From: Anaeromyxobacter sp.
GTDB taxonomy: Bacteria; Myxococcota; Myxococcia; Myxococcales; Anaeromyxobacteraceae
Direction: 5' to 3'
NCBI GenBank assembly: GCA_049840735.1
Contig: JASGJN010000019.1
Coordinates: forward strand, 18,169 to 82,168
Length of the DNA: 64,000 nt
In this document: positions 50,633 through 60,216 of the stretch, piece by piece
Numbering within the stretch: the first letter of the stretch is position 1
Layout: every line of letters starts with the position of its first letter
Notes under the pieces: generated by a model
What the model saw: the letters and a program-made list of their open reading frames with translations, nothing else
Told to the model about the DNA's origin: nothing
The model's database searches: none
Made by a program: the position numbers and the translations under genes

Positions 50633-51753
50633 ATGGTGTCCCATCCTTCCCCGCACCGGATCGCCGACGGCGAGGTGCTGGTCTACCGGCTCTTCGACGT
50701 GGCCGACGCGGTGGATCTGGCCCGCGCCGAGGGGCTGGTGACCGCGCCCAGCTCGCGCCTGCGCCTGGAGGGCGTCCAGTCCTCCTCCGCCCTCGAGTTC
50801 CCGCGCCCGCCCATCCAGATCCGCGTGGGCCGCCGCAGCGTGCCGCTCTCGGGCGGCGCGCGCGAGGTCGAGGCGGTGGCGCGGGTCTTCGATTTCGGCG
50901 TGATCTCGATCTGTTACCGCCTGCCGGTGGCCGCCGGGACGGCGCTCGAGGCGCTGGTGCCGCTGGCCGAGGAGCTGTTCGTGGCGCCCGCCCCGGCGCT
51001 GGACGCCGAGGCGCGCCGCGAGGCCGAGGCGGTGGCCGCGGCGCTGGCGCCGGCCCTGGAGCGGCCGCACAGCTGGGAAGGGCTGGAGGGCTACCAGGTG
51101 GTGCTGGTGCGGCGCTGGGAGGGCGGGCCGGTCGCCGCCACCGACCTCCTGGCGGGGGCCCCCATCCCCGCGCTGCTGCTGGGCGAGACCAGCCACGTGG
51201 CCCTGTCGGCGGCGGAGCGGCAGGACGTCCTCTCCCACCACTGGTCCTACCTGGAGGACGACCTGGCGGTGGTGCACTGGAACAGCGCCCTGGTGGTCGA
51301 GCCTTCGGGGGTGGAGGACATCCCGCACCTGCTCGAGTTCGCGACCGCGCACCTGCTGGAGCTGCGCTACTACGACGCCCTGCTCGACGGGGCGCTGCAC
51401 CGGCTCTACGACGACATGGAGCGGGGCGGCAGCCCGGTGCTCGACATCCTGACGCGCCGTTACCGGGGGCTGCAGCGCCGCACCGCCGCGCTGCTGCTGG
51501 AGCTCTCCGAGATGACGGAAAGGCTGGAAAATGCGGTGAAAATCGTGGGCGACCTGTACCTGGCCCGCGTCTACCAGGGGGCCGTCCGGCGCTTCCGGCT
51601 GCCCGCGTGGCAGGAACCGTGCTGCGCAAGCAGCGGCTCGTCGCCGAGGTCAACGACCTGACCGGCGACGCGGCCGACGTGAGCCGCTCGGAGCTCCTGG
51701 AGATGGCCATCATCCTGCTGATCGTATTCGAGCTGGTGGCCGCCCTCCGGTGA
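50633..51753 (+). CDS. RMD1/DUF155-family protein, frameshift near 51618
   Basis: VLVYRLFDVADAVDL...VFDFGVISICY...LAVVHWNSALVV...LLELRYYDALLD...IVGDLYLARVY fits DUF155. The C-terminal TM tail (LLEMAIILLIVFELVAALR*) is in another frame. Confidence 0.6.
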
Positions 51754-51848
51754 CGGACAGTGTGAGGATGAATCCCCCTGGGGCGCAACGATTCCGGGAG
51801 GCGATCGTCACGGCAGGCCCGTTTCAGGGTGATCCGTGCGGTCGAAAG

Positions 51849-51877
51849 TTGACGCCGGGATCCGGAAGCGATATCAG
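51849..51877 (+). promoter_or_regulatory. candidate sigma-70-type promoter for the HU gene
   Basis: TTGACG (51849-51854), then a 17-nt spacer, then TATCAG (51872-51877), ~57 nt upstream of the ATG at 51934. Confidence 0.3.
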
Positions 51878-51933
51878 CAAACCACTCGCCGCGTCACAAA
51901 ACCCTTGCGGCGGTAGGAGCGGGAGGCTTTCAC

Positions 51934-52221
51934 ATGACGCAGGCTCAGTTCTTCCAGGCGGTGGCCGAGGGCTCGCAGCTTTCGAAGGCCCAGGTTCGCG
52001 CGGTGTTCGCGGCGGTCGAGGAGGTCGTCACCAAGAAGCTGAAGGCCGAGGGAAGATCCCCCTGGGCGGCCTCGGCGCGGTGAAGCTGGTGGACCGCAAG
52101 GCCCGCATCGGCCGCAACCCGGCCACGGGCGAGCAGATCAAGATCCCGGCCCGCACCGCGATCGAGAATCGCGCCGGCGAAGGCCCTGAAGGACCTGTTC
52201 AACAAGAAGGCGAAGAAGTAA
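51934..52221 (+). CDS. hup: HU/IHF-family nucleoid protein, two apparent frameshifts (~52053, ~52168)
   Basis: ATG at 51934 with a GGGAGG RBS. The sequence reads MTQAQFFQAVAEGSQLSKAQVRAVFAAVEEVVTKKLKAEG / IPLGGLGAVKLVDRKARIGRNPATGEQIKIPARTAI / APAKALKDLFNKKAKK* across three frames. Confidence 0.8.
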
Positions 52222-52271
52222 CAGCGCCCTTGCTTGAGCGCGGCGGGGCCTCGCGCCCCGCCATTGCTTCG

Positions 52272-52308
52272 ACGCCCGCCGGCCCATCGCCGGCGGGCGT
52301 TTTACATT
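52272..52308 (+). terminator. rho-independent-type terminator after the HU gene
   Basis: A perfect 12-bp stem acgcccgccggc / gccggcgggcgt (52272-52283 and 52289-52300) has loop ccatc and is followed by tttacatt. Confidence 0.6.
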
Positions 52309-52328
52309 CGTGGCGTCCCGGAGGCCGC

Positions 52329-52760
52329 ATGCCGCTCGTGGTGATCCCCGCCGACACGCCCGCGCTGCGCGCGCAGGCCATGGCCCTGCGCCTCGAGGTC
52401 TTCGTGGGCGAGCAGCAGGTGCCCGCGGAGCTGGAGCAGGACGAGCTGGACGCGGTCGCCTTCCACGCCATCGCGCTGGAGGACGGCCGCTGCGTGGGCA
52501 CCGGGCGGCTGGTCGAGCAGGCGGGCGGGGTGGGGCGGGTGGGGCGCATGGCCGTGGCCGCCACGCACCGCGGCGCCGGCGTGGGCGGGCGCGTGCTGGC
52601 GCTGCTGGAGCAGCAGGCGCGCGCCTCGGGGCTGGGCGGGATCGAGCTGCACGCGCAGGTGCACGCCGAGGCCTTCTACGCGCGCCACGGCTACCGCCCG
52701 CACGGCGAGCGGTTCGAGGAGGCCGGGATCGAGCACGTGATCATGCGGAAGGCGCTGTAG
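52329..52760 (+). CDS. GNAT-family N-acetyltransferase
   Basis: 143 aa. GRVGRMAVAATHRGAGVGGRVLALLE...FYARHGY is the acetyl-CoA-binding motif A region. Confidence 0.75.
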   Translation: MPLVVIPADTPALRAQAMALRLEVFVGEQQVPAELEQDELDAVAFHAIALEDGRCVGTGRLVEQAGGVGRVGRMAVAATHRGAGVGGRVLALLEQQARASGLGGIELHAQVHAEAFYARHGYRPHGERFEEAGIEHVIMRKAL

Positions 52761-52774
52761 GGCGCGATCCCTGC

Positions 52775-52823
52775 CCTTCGACTCCGCCGCCGCTTCGCGG
52801 CGGCTACGCTCAGGGCGAACGGG
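52775..52823 (+). repeat. solitary REP-like palindromic element (forward)
   Basis: The element reads cccttcgactcc-gccgccgc-ttcg-gcggcggc-tacgctcagggcgaacgg. Confidence 0.7.
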
Positions 52824-52845
52824 TGCCGTGGGCTTTGCGGGCCCG

Positions 52846-53016
52846 AGCGAGCCCGCCTGGCCGAGCGAGCCCGCCCGGCCTGAGCGAGCCTGCCTGGCCC
52901 GAGCGAGCCCGCCCGGCCTGAGCGAGCCTGCCTGGCCCGAGCGAGCCCGCCCGGCCTGAGCGAGCCCGCCTGGCCCGAGCGAGCCCGCCTGGCCCGAGCG
53001 AGCCCGCCCGGCCTGA
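52846..53016. repeat. ~19-bp microsatellite, about 9 copies (GAGCGAGCCYGCCYGGCCY)
   Basis: Direct reading of 52841-53020 shows it. The unit length is not a multiple of 3, and the unit resembles the ggcctgagcg arm of the adjacent REP-like element. Confidence 0.85.
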
Positions 53017-53023
53017 GCGTGAA

Positions 53024-53076
53024 CCCGTTCGGCCTGAGCGTAGGGCGCGCGACCAGCGCGCCCGGAGTCGAAGGCC
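53024..53076 (-). repeat. solitary REP-like palindromic element (inverted)
   Basis: cccgttcggcctgagcgtag-ggcgcgcg-accag-cgcgccc-ggagtcgaagg is the reverse complement of the cttcgactcc...ctacgctcagg.cgaacgg architecture. Confidence 0.7.
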
Positions 53077-53096
53077 AGGAGATCGAACGGCAGGGC

Positions 53097-53828
53097 TCAG
53101 CCCACGTGCAGCAGCGCCCGCACCGTGCTCATGATGTCGGCGAACTGCACCGGCTTCTGCAGGTAGACGTCCACGCCCACCTCGATGGCCCGGGCGCGCG
53201 CGTCGGGGCCGCCGGCCGAGATGACCATCACCGGCAGGTCGGCCAGCGCCGCGTCGGCGCGCATCTGCTCCACCAGCGTGAAGCCGTCCATGACCGGCAT
53301 GTACAGGTCGGTCATGATCAGGTCGGGCTTGGGCGAGCTGGCCAGGCGCTGCAGCGCCTCGTGGCCGTCGTGCGCGAACTCCACGTTCACGCGCGCGCCG
53401 CCCTTCTCGCGGAGCTTCTTGAGCGCGTACTCGTACATCTCGAGCACGTGCACGTTGTCCTCGACCACCAGCACGGTGAAGTCGCGCTTGGCCGGCCCGG
53501 GCGCCCGGGAGTTGTCCACGAGCGACGCCAGGCGCGCCTGGTGGCCCGGGTCGAGCACCCGGACCGCGACCCCGGGGGGGCCCTCGGCCGCGGAGGTCCG
53601 GACGCGGACCACCTCGACCTCGACCTCGACCGGATCGAGCAGGCCAGGGAAGCTGACGACCAGGGGGACGCGCTGCCCCACCTGGAGGTCGCGCTCGGTG
53701 CGGATGAACAGACCGCTGGCGGACAGGTTCTCGGTGGCGTCCCGGACAGCGGCCGGAAGCCCCGGGTAGTCGACCCGGAGGATCAGGGGGACGCGTGCGT
53801 CGCGACGCTTCTCTTTGCCGTGCTCCAT
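53097..53828 (-). CDS. PilZ domain - CheY-like receiver two-domain protein
   Basis: The PilZ motifs are KRRDARVPL and ENLSASGLFI. The receiver reads VLVVEDNVHVLEMY...DLIMTDLYMPVMDG...VMVISA...KP. Confidence 0.75.
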   Translation of the reverse strand: MEHGKEKRRDARVPLILRVDYPGLPAAVRDATENLSASGLFIRTERDLQVGQRVPLVVSFPGLLDPVEVEVEVVRVRTSAAEGPPGVAVRVLDPGHQARLASLVDNSRAPGPAKRDFTVLVVEDNVHVLEMYEYALKKLREKGGARVNVEFAHDGHEALQRLASSPKPDLIMTDLYMPVMDGFTLVEQMRADAALADLPVMVISAGGPDARARAIEVGVDVYLQKPVQFADIMSTVRALLHVG

Positions 53829-53935
53829 GCGGGTGAAGGGAATATATCGCGGCGCGGAGGCGGGCGGTTCTCCTTGACAGTCCTACACCCCCTCACTAGC
53901 CTGCCCCGGCATTTGGCCAGGCATCTCAGACCTTT

Positions 53936-54451
53936 ATGACCAATCCAGGTGCTGTGAGCGCGGCAGGCGACCTGCCGCGCGAGAAGGTCGAGCACTTCGA
54001 CCGCGAGCTGGCCGGCATCCTCCAGCGCTATCCGCCGGACCGGAAGGCCGCCGCCATGATCCCAGCCCTGCGGCTGGGGCAGGAGCTGTTCGGCCACGTG
54101 TCACCGGGCGTGCAGGCCCTGGCGGCCGACCGGCTGGGCGTCTCGCCGGCCCGCGCGGAGGAGGTCGCGACCTTCTACGTGATGTTCCACACCGAGCCGG
54201 TGGGGCGGCACGTGGTCGAGGTCTGCACCAACATCTCCTGCTGCCTCTCCGGCGCCGAGCGGCTCTGGGAGCACCTCAGCCGCAAGCTGGAGGTGAAGAA
54301 CGGCGGCACCACCGCCGACGGGCGGATCACGCTGCGCGAGGTCGAGTGCCTGGGGTCCTGCGGCACCGCCCCGGCCATGCTGATCGACGAGGAGATGCAC
54401 GAGCGGCTCTCGCTGGATCAGGTCGACCGGATCGTCGGGGGGCTCGAGTGA
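53936..54451 (+). CDS. nuoE: NADH-quinone oxidoreductase subunit E
   Basis: The sequence reads ATFYVMFHTEPVGRHVVEVCTNISCCLSGAE...ECLGSCGTAPAMLID (2Fe-2S cysteines). Confidence 0.9.
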   Translation: MTNPGAVSAAGDLPREKVEHFDRELAGILQRYPPDRKAAAMIPALRLGQELFGHVSPGVQALAADRLGVSPARAEEVATFYVMFHTEPVGRHVVEVCTNISCCLSGAERLWEHLSRKLEVKNGGTTADGRITLREVECLGSCGTAPAMLIDEEMHERLSLDQVDRIVGGLE

Positions 54452-55770
54452 GCGACACCCTCATCATCACCCGCCGCTGGGGCAAGCCGGACTCCGCCGC
54501 GCTCGAGACCTACCGCGCCGACGGCGGCTACCAGGCGCTGGAGAAGGCGCTGGGCATGGCGCCGGGCGCCGTCGTGGACGAGGTCAAGGCGTCCAACCTG
54601 CGCGGCCGCGGCGGCGCCGGCTTCGCCACCGGCCTCAAGTGGACCTTCCTGCCCAAGGACGTCCGGCCCCGTTACCTGACGGTGAACGCCGACGAGTCCG
54701 AGCCCGGCACGTTCAAGGACCGCTACATCATCGAGCACGACCCCCACCTGTTGATCGAGGGGATCGCCATCACCTGCGTCGCGCTCGACATCCACCGCGC
54801 CTACGTCTACATCCGCGGCGAGTTCGCCAAGCAGGCCCGCATCCTGGAGCAGGCGCTCGAGGAGGCCCGGGCGGCCGGCATCATCGGGGCCAAGGTGCTG
54901 GGGCGCGACTTCGACCTCGAGGTGCACGTGCACCGCGGCGCAGGCGCGTACATCTGCGGCGAGGAGTCGGCGCTGCTCGAGTCACTGGAGGGGAAGAAGG
55001 GCTACCCCCGGCTCAAGCCGCCCTTCCCGGCCGTGGTCGGGCTCTGGGGCAAGCCGACCATCATCAACAACGTCGAGACCATCGCCAACATCCCCTGGAT
55101 CGTGGCCAACGGCGGCGCGGCCTTCGCGGCGCTGGGCACCGGCAAGTCCGGCGGCACGCGCCTCTTCTGCGTCTCGGGCCACGTGAACCGGCCCGGCGTC
55201 TACGAGAAGCCGGTCCACTACAACCTGAAGAAGCTGATCATGGAGGACTGCGGCGGGATCGTGGGCGGCCGGAAGGTGAAGGCCGTGATCCCGGGCGGCT
55301 CCTCCGCGCCGATCCTCGCGGCGCACGAGATCGACGTCTCCATGGAGTTCGACGCGCTCAAGGCGGCCGGCACCATGGCCGGCTCGGGCGGCATCATCGT
55401 CTTCGACGAGTCCACCTGCATGGTCCGGGCGCTGGCCCGCGTGGCCAAGTTCTACGCCGAGGAGAGCTGCGGCCAGTGCACCCCCTGCCGCGAGGGCACC
55501 TCGTGGATGGAGGGCGTGCTGGAGCGGCTCGAGCACGGCCACGCCAGCGAGGCCGACGTGGCCAAGCTGGACCAGCTGGCCAGCAGCATCATGGGCATGA
55601 CCATCTGCGCCCTGGGCGACGCCGCCGCCATGCCGGTCCAGTCGTTCCTGAAGAAGTTCCGCGACGAGTTCGTGCAGCACGCCCGCGAGCGCCGCTGCCC
55701 GCACGGCGACAGCGCCTGGGGGCTGGAGCAGGCCTCGCGCCAGGCGCAGGTCGGGGCGATCGTCTACTGA
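54448..55770 (+). CDS. nuoF: NADH-quinone oxidoreductase subunit F
   Basis: The GTG at 54448 overlaps the nuoE stop. It carries GRGGAGFATGLKW, NADESEPGTFKDR and ESCGQCTPCREG. Confidence 0.9.
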   Translation: MSDTLIITRRWGKPDSAALETYRADGGYQALEKALGMAPGAVVDEVKASNLRGRGGAGFATGLKWTFLPKDVRPRYLTVNADESEPGTFKDRYIIEHDPHLLIEGIAITCVALDIHRAYVYIRGEFAKQARILEQALEEARAAGIIGAKVLGRDFDLEVHVHRGAGAYICGEESALLESLEGKKGYPRLKPPFPAVVGLWGKPTIINNVETIANIPWIVANGGAAFAALGTGKSGGTRLFCVSGHVNRPGVYEKPVHYNLKKLIMEDCGGIVGGRKVKAVIPGGSSAPILAAHEIDVSMEFDALKAAGTMAGSGGIIVFDESTCMVRALARVAKFYAEESCGQCTPCREGTSWMEGVLERLEHGHASEADVAKLDQLASSIMGMTICALGDAAAMPVQSFLKKFRDEFVQHARERRCPHGDSAWGLEQASRQAQVGAIVY

Positions 55771-55799
55771 TTGGTCTCCGCCGCAGGGGAGGTTCCAGC

Positions 55800-56306
55800 G
55801 TGAGCGTCACACCGGAGCAGGTCACCTTCTGGATCTTCGCCGTCCCCCTCGTGGCCACGGCCGCCGGGGTGGTGGCCGCGCGCAGCCCCGTCTACGCCGC
55901 CATGAACCTGGTGGCCGCGTTCTTCTTCATGGCGGGCATCTACGTGCTGCTGGTGGCCCACCTGATCGCCTTCATGCAGATCCTGGTCTACGCCGGCGCG
56001 GTGATGGTGCTCTTCCTCTTCGTGATCATGCTGCTCTCGCTGGGCAACGAGCACCTGGAGAAGGAGCGCCACCGGGCCATGCAGTGGGCGGGCGCGGTCG
56101 GCGCCATCATGCTGGTGACGGTCATCGCCGTGGCCATCGCCGACGTGCAGACGGGCGAGCCGGCCCAGCTGCCGGCCGACTTCGGCGAGGTGAAGGCGGT
56201 GGGCTGGGTGCTGTACACGAAGTACCTGCTCCCCTTCGAGGCCACCAGCCTGCTGCTGCTGGCCGCCATCGTGGGCGCCGTGGTCGTCGCCAAGGAGCGG
56301 ATCTGA
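55800..56306 (+). CDS. nuoJ: NADH-quinone oxidoreductase subunit J
   Basis: GTG at 55800 with an AGGGGAGG RBS. The sequence reads MNLVAAFFFMAGIYVLLVAHLIAFMQILVYAGAVMVLFLFVIMLL. Confidence 0.85.
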   Translation: MSVTPEQVTFWIFAVPLVATAAGVVAARSPVYAAMNLVAAFFFMAGIYVLLVAHLIAFMQILVYAGAVMVLFLFVIMLLSLGNEHLEKERHRAMQWAGAVGAIMLVTVIAVAIADVQTGEPAQLPADFGEVKAVGWVLYTKYLLPFEATSLLLLAAIVGAVVVAKERI

Positions 56307-56307
56307 C

Positions 56308-56610
56308 ATGGTACCGCTCGACCACTACCTGCTGCTGGCCGCCATCCTGTTCGGCATCGGCTTGCTGGGCGTGCTGCTGAAGCGCAACGCGCTCATCGTG
56401 ATGATGAGCGTGGAGCTGATGCTCAACGCCGCCAACCTCACCTTCCTGGCCTTCGCGCGCCAGCACGCCGACCTGGGCGGCCACGCCATCGCCTTCTTCG
56501 TGATCGCGGTGGCGGCGGCCGAGGCGGCGGTGGGCCTGGCGGTGGTGATCGCCATCTACCGGACCCGCGGCGCGGTCAACGTGGACGAGGTCCGGGCCCT
56601 GCGCGAGTAG
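56308..56610 (+). CDS. nuoK: NADH-quinone oxidoreductase subunit K
   Basis: 100 aa with LLLAAILFGIGLLGVLLKRNALIVMMSVELMLNAANLTFLAF. Confidence 0.9.
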   Translation: MVPLDHYLLLAAILFGIGLLGVLLKRNALIVMMSVELMLNAANLTFLAFARQHADLGGHAIAFFVIAVAAAEAAVGLAVVIAIYRTRGAVNVDEVRALRE

Positions 56611-56649
56611 CACACCGGAGCCCTTGGCGCGCCGCGGCGACTGCGCCTG

Positions 56650-56698
56650 CCCTTCGACTCCGCCGCCGCAGGGCGGCGGCTACGCTCAGGGCGACCGG
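56650..56698 (+). repeat. solitary REP-like palindromic element after nuoK
   Basis: The element reads cccttcgactcc-gccgccgc-aggg-cggcggc-tacgctcagggcgaccgg. Confidence 0.7.
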
Positions 56699-56797
56699 AT
56701 GGCGAGCGGCGGGGATGGCCGACCGCGGCATCGCGTCCGGGGACGGGCCCGATGATTGCCGCGCGCCCGGCGGGTGCGGCGGGGTAAGCTCGGGCCA

Positions 56798-57720
56798 ATG
56801 CTCGCGCGCTGCGCCAGGTGTCAGGGCGACTTCACGACCGATAGCTTCGGGCTCCAGCGGTGTCCTCACTGCGGGTCGGAGCTCCTGCTGGCCGACCCCA
56901 ACGCCCCGGCCGCGCCGCCGCCCGGCGACGCGACCGCGCCGGATCAGGGCAGCCCGCCGCCCGGCGGCTCGCCTCCCCGGGCTGGGTCCCGCCGTCCGTC
57001 CCGCCGCCGCCGCCGCCGCCCGCGCTCGAGCAGCTGCCGGCACCGTTCGCCGACCGCACCCGGCTGGGCTTCTTCCCCTCGTTCTGGGAGACCCTCAAGC
57101 TGATCGTCAGCCGCCCGACCGAGTTCTTCGGGCGGGTGCGGATCGACCAGTCCGGCTCGGCCATCCTCTTCGCGGCGCTGTCCATCACGGCGGGCGCGCT
57201 CTTCGAGACGCTCTACGCGCTGCTCCAGCAGCAGGGGATGCTCGCCGCCCTGCAGCAGTTCTCCCAGCAGTACGGGCTGAGCCCGGAGCAGGTGAGCACC
57301 TTCGAGCACCTGATCCGGGCGCAGGGCTTCCTGATGCTGCCGGTGACGGTCGCGGTCCACCTGGTGGCGCTGTTCGCGAGCGCCGGCGTCTTCCACCTCT
57401 GCCTGATGCTCTTCCGCGGCGCCAACCGCGGCTTCGACGCCACGCTCACCGTGGTCGCCTACGCGTTCGGGCTGCACCTGCTGATGGTGGTCCCGTTCTG
57501 CGGATCGACGGTCGCCCTGGTCTGGGAGGTGGTGGTGGTGATCATCGGCCTGGGCGCCGCCCACCGCTGCGGCACCGGCAAGGCGGCGGGCGCGGTGCTC
57601 ACGCCGCTGCTGCTGGGCATCTGCTGCCTGTGCACCTGCCTGTTCGCGATGATCATGGCCGCTGCCAGCGCGGTGGGCCAGGTGCTCCACGGCGCCAACC
57701 CCGGCTCCGTGAACATGTGA
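56798..57720 (+). CDS. zinc-ribbon plus Pro-rich linker plus Yip1-like multi-pass membrane protein, frameshift near 56975
   Basis: MLARCARCQGDF...CPHCGSEL is in ORF 56756-57103. The membrane part (FFPSFWETLKLIVSRPTEFF..., 5 hydrophobic helices) is in ORF 56860-57720. Confidence 0.55.
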
Positions 57721-57727
57721 GGGGGCG

Positions 57728-58123
57728 ATGATCCGCTGGGAGCGCACGCGCGGGTTCGGGTTCACGGAGGTCTACGCGTGCATCGCGGGGCTCTCCTTCC
57801 TGGTCGCGCGCTTCGTCCCGGTGCTCTCGCTCCACTTCCCGTGCCCGCTCAAGACGCTGGCCCATACGCCCTGCGCCACCTGCGGGATGACGCACGCGTT
57901 CGTCTACCTGGCGCACGGGCGCGTGCTCGACGCGCTCGCCTGGAGCCCGCTGGGCGCGCTGCTGGCGGGGCTGGCCTGGACCTTCGCGCTGGCCGACGCG
58001 GTCCGCCTCGCGGCCGGCTGGCCGCTGCCCGTCCCTGACCAGCGCCTGGTCCGCCCGCTGGTGGTGGCGGGCCTGGCGGCGATGCTGGTCAACTGGGCCT
58101 ACCTGGTGGTGAGGAACGCATGA
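57728..58123 (+). CDS. DUF2752-family membrane protein
   Basis: The sequence reads FPCPLKTLAHTPCATCGMTHAF, followed by hydrophobic helices. Confidence 0.6.
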   Translation: MIRWERTRGFGFTEVYACIAGLSFLVARFVPVLSLHFPCPLKTLAHTPCATCGMTHAFVYLAHGRVLDALAWSPLGALLAGLAWTFALADAVRLAAGWPLPVPDQRLVRPLVVAGLAAMLVNWAYLVVRNA

Positions 58124-58737
58124 GCACCAACGTCCTGGGCGCGCTGCTGGTGGCCTTCGGCTACCTCTGCGGCTCCATCCCCTTCGGCGTGGTGCTGGGC
58201 CGGCTGGTGGCCGGCGTGGATCCGCGCACCATGGGCTCCGGCAACATCGGCGCCACCAACGTGGCCCGCGCGGGCGGCAAGAAGCTGGGCGCGGTGGTGC
58301 TGCTGCTGGACGCGCTCAAGGCGCTGCTGCCCATCCTGCTCGCCCGCTGGCTGCTGTCCGGCGCCGCCCCGGCGGAGGCGGAGGCCTGGACCATGGGCGT
58401 GGCGGTGGCGGCGTTCGTGGGCCACCTCTTCCCGGTCTGGATCGGCTTCAAGGGCGGCAAGGGCGTGGCCACCGGGCTGGGCATCTTCCTGGTGCTGGCC
58501 CCCTGGGCGGCGCTGGCGGGCGTGGTGGCCTACGCGGCGGTCTACCTGGCGACGCGCACCTCGTCGCTGGGCTCGCTCACGGGCACGGCGGTCTGCTGCG
58601 CGGGCACCTTCCTGCTGCTGGGCGCCAGCCGCCCAGCCCCCTGGGCTGGCCTGGTCATCGCGCTCCTGGTCGTGCTCCGCCACCGCGAGAACATCCGGCG
58701 GCTGGTGATGGGCGAAGAGAAGAAGATGCGGCTCTAG
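58120..58737 (+). CDS. plsY: glycerol-3-phosphate acyltransferase PlsY
   Basis: The start overlaps the upstream stop (ATGA). It carries GYLCGSIPFG, GSGNIGATNV, FKGGKGVATG and HRENIRRL. Confidence 0.9.
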   Translation: MSTNVLGALLVAFGYLCGSIPFGVVLGRLVAGVDPRTMGSGNIGATNVARAGGKKLGAVVLLLDALKALLPILLARWLLSGAAPAEAEAWTMGVAVAAFVGHLFPVWIGFKGGKGVATGLGIFLVLAPWAALAGVVAYAAVYLATRTSSLGSLTGTAVCCAGTFLLLGASRPAPWAGLVIALLVVLRHRENIRRLVMGEEKKMRL

Positions 58738-58976
58738 GGGTCGCGTCCTTCCGCATTACCCTTTCGGCCCCGCGGGGGCGCTCCCGGCCCTGTCCGATCC
58801 ACCCCCTTGACCGCTCGCCCGGCTTGTCGGTACTTTGTCTCAGTCGCTGAGACATGGTTGCAACACGGCGGTCCGGGCTGGGCGCCGGGCAACCAGCAAA
58901 AACAACAAGGACGGAGACGGGATGGGGCGCAAGTCACCCGATTCGCTGGATACCCTTGTCCGGGTACCAACTGGCC

Positions 58977-60216
58977 ATGAGTCGCAACAGCGGTGGCGGT
59001 CAGGCGCGGCAGCAGGCCTCGCGGCGGTGGCCCTGGCCTGCTCCGGCGGCGGTGAGCCGGTCGTGGCCGCGCCGGTGCCGCTCTCGCCGATGGCGGCCCT
59101 GGGCGAGCAGAATCTTCAACGACGAGGCGCTGTCCGCCTCGGGGCAGATGGCCTGCGCCTCCTGCCACGACTCGGAGAGCTTCGGCGCGCCGCCCAACGA
59201 CCTGCCGGTGCAGCTGGGCGGGCCGGGGCTCGATCAGGCGGGCACGCGGCAGTCGCCGTCGATCCGCTACCTGTCCTTCAACACGGCCTTCTTCTTCGAC
59301 GGCGAGGGCACGCCCACGGGCGGCTTCTTCTGGGATGGGCGCGCGGCGTCGCTGGCCGACCAGGCCAAGCAGCCGTTCCTGAACCCGGTCGAGATGGCCA
59401 ACGCCGACGCGGCCGACGTGGTGGCCAAGGTGGCGGTGGCGCCCTACGCCGAGGCCTTCCGGCAGCTCTTCGGCGAGGACGTCTTCGACGACGTGGACGG
59501 CGCCTACGAGCGCATCGCCCTGGCGCTGCAGCAGTACCAGCGCGAGGACGCCGACCTGCGCGCCTTCACCAGCAAGTACGACGCCTTCCTCCGCGGGCAG
59601 GCGCAGCTGACGCCGCAGGAGCGGCGCGGGCTGGCGCTGTTCAACTCGCCCACCAAGGGCAACTGCGCGGGTTGCCACCCCTCCGGCCGCGGGGCGGACG
59701 GGGCCATGCCGCTCTTCACCGACTTCACCTACGACAACCTGGGCGTCCCGCGGAACCCCGCCATCCCTGCCAACCAGGACCCGGACCACTTCGACCTGGG
59801 GCTCTGCGCCCGCGTGAACGGGGACCTGGCCGGGCGCCCGGACCTGTGCGGCGCCTTCAAGGTGCCCTCGCTCCGCAACGTGGCGCAGCGGAAGGTCCTC
59901 TTCCACAACGGCCGGTTCACCACGCTGCGCGACGCCCTGACCTTCTACGTCCAGCGCGACACCAACCCGGAGAAGTTCTACCCGGTGGGCGAGGACGGCC
60001 AGGTGCGGAAGTTCGACGACCTGCCGGCGGAGTACCACCGCTACGTCAACACCACCGAGGCCCCCTACAACCGCCGGCCCGGCGACGCCCCGGCGCTCTC
60101 CGACGCCGAGAATCGACGACGTGATCGCCTTCCTCCAGACCCTCGACGACGGCTGGATCCCGCCCGCCGTCGAGCCCGACGCCGCCTCCCTCCTCGCCGC
60201 CGAAGGACAGCCATGA
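58977..60216 (+). CDS. di-haem cytochrome c peroxidase / MauG-family protein, about 3 apparent frameshifts (~58990, ~59108, ~60108)
   Basis: Two CxxCH sites (CASCH, CAGCH) are present, with FFWDGRAASLADQAKQPFLNPVEM and FKVPSLRNV. The lipoprotein-like signal (AAGLAAVALAC) and the C-terminus (DDVIAFLQTL) are in other frames. Confidence 0.75.

Noticed and set aside
50220-51788. 522-aa Arg/Pro-rich minus-strand ORF.
   Set aside because: It lies antisense to the DUF155 gene and is of extreme low complexity (runs of RRP, GRP and PPP).
52846-53016. Possible CRISPR or coding repeat.
   Set aside because: The 19-bp units are directly abutting with no spacers. The period is not a multiple of 3, and the block lies between convergent genes.
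53874-53902. Sigma-70 promoter for nuoE (a perfect TTGACA at 53874-53879).
   Set aside because: No acceptable -10 hexamer lies at 16-18 nt spacing (tagcct or ctagcc only). It was left uncalled.
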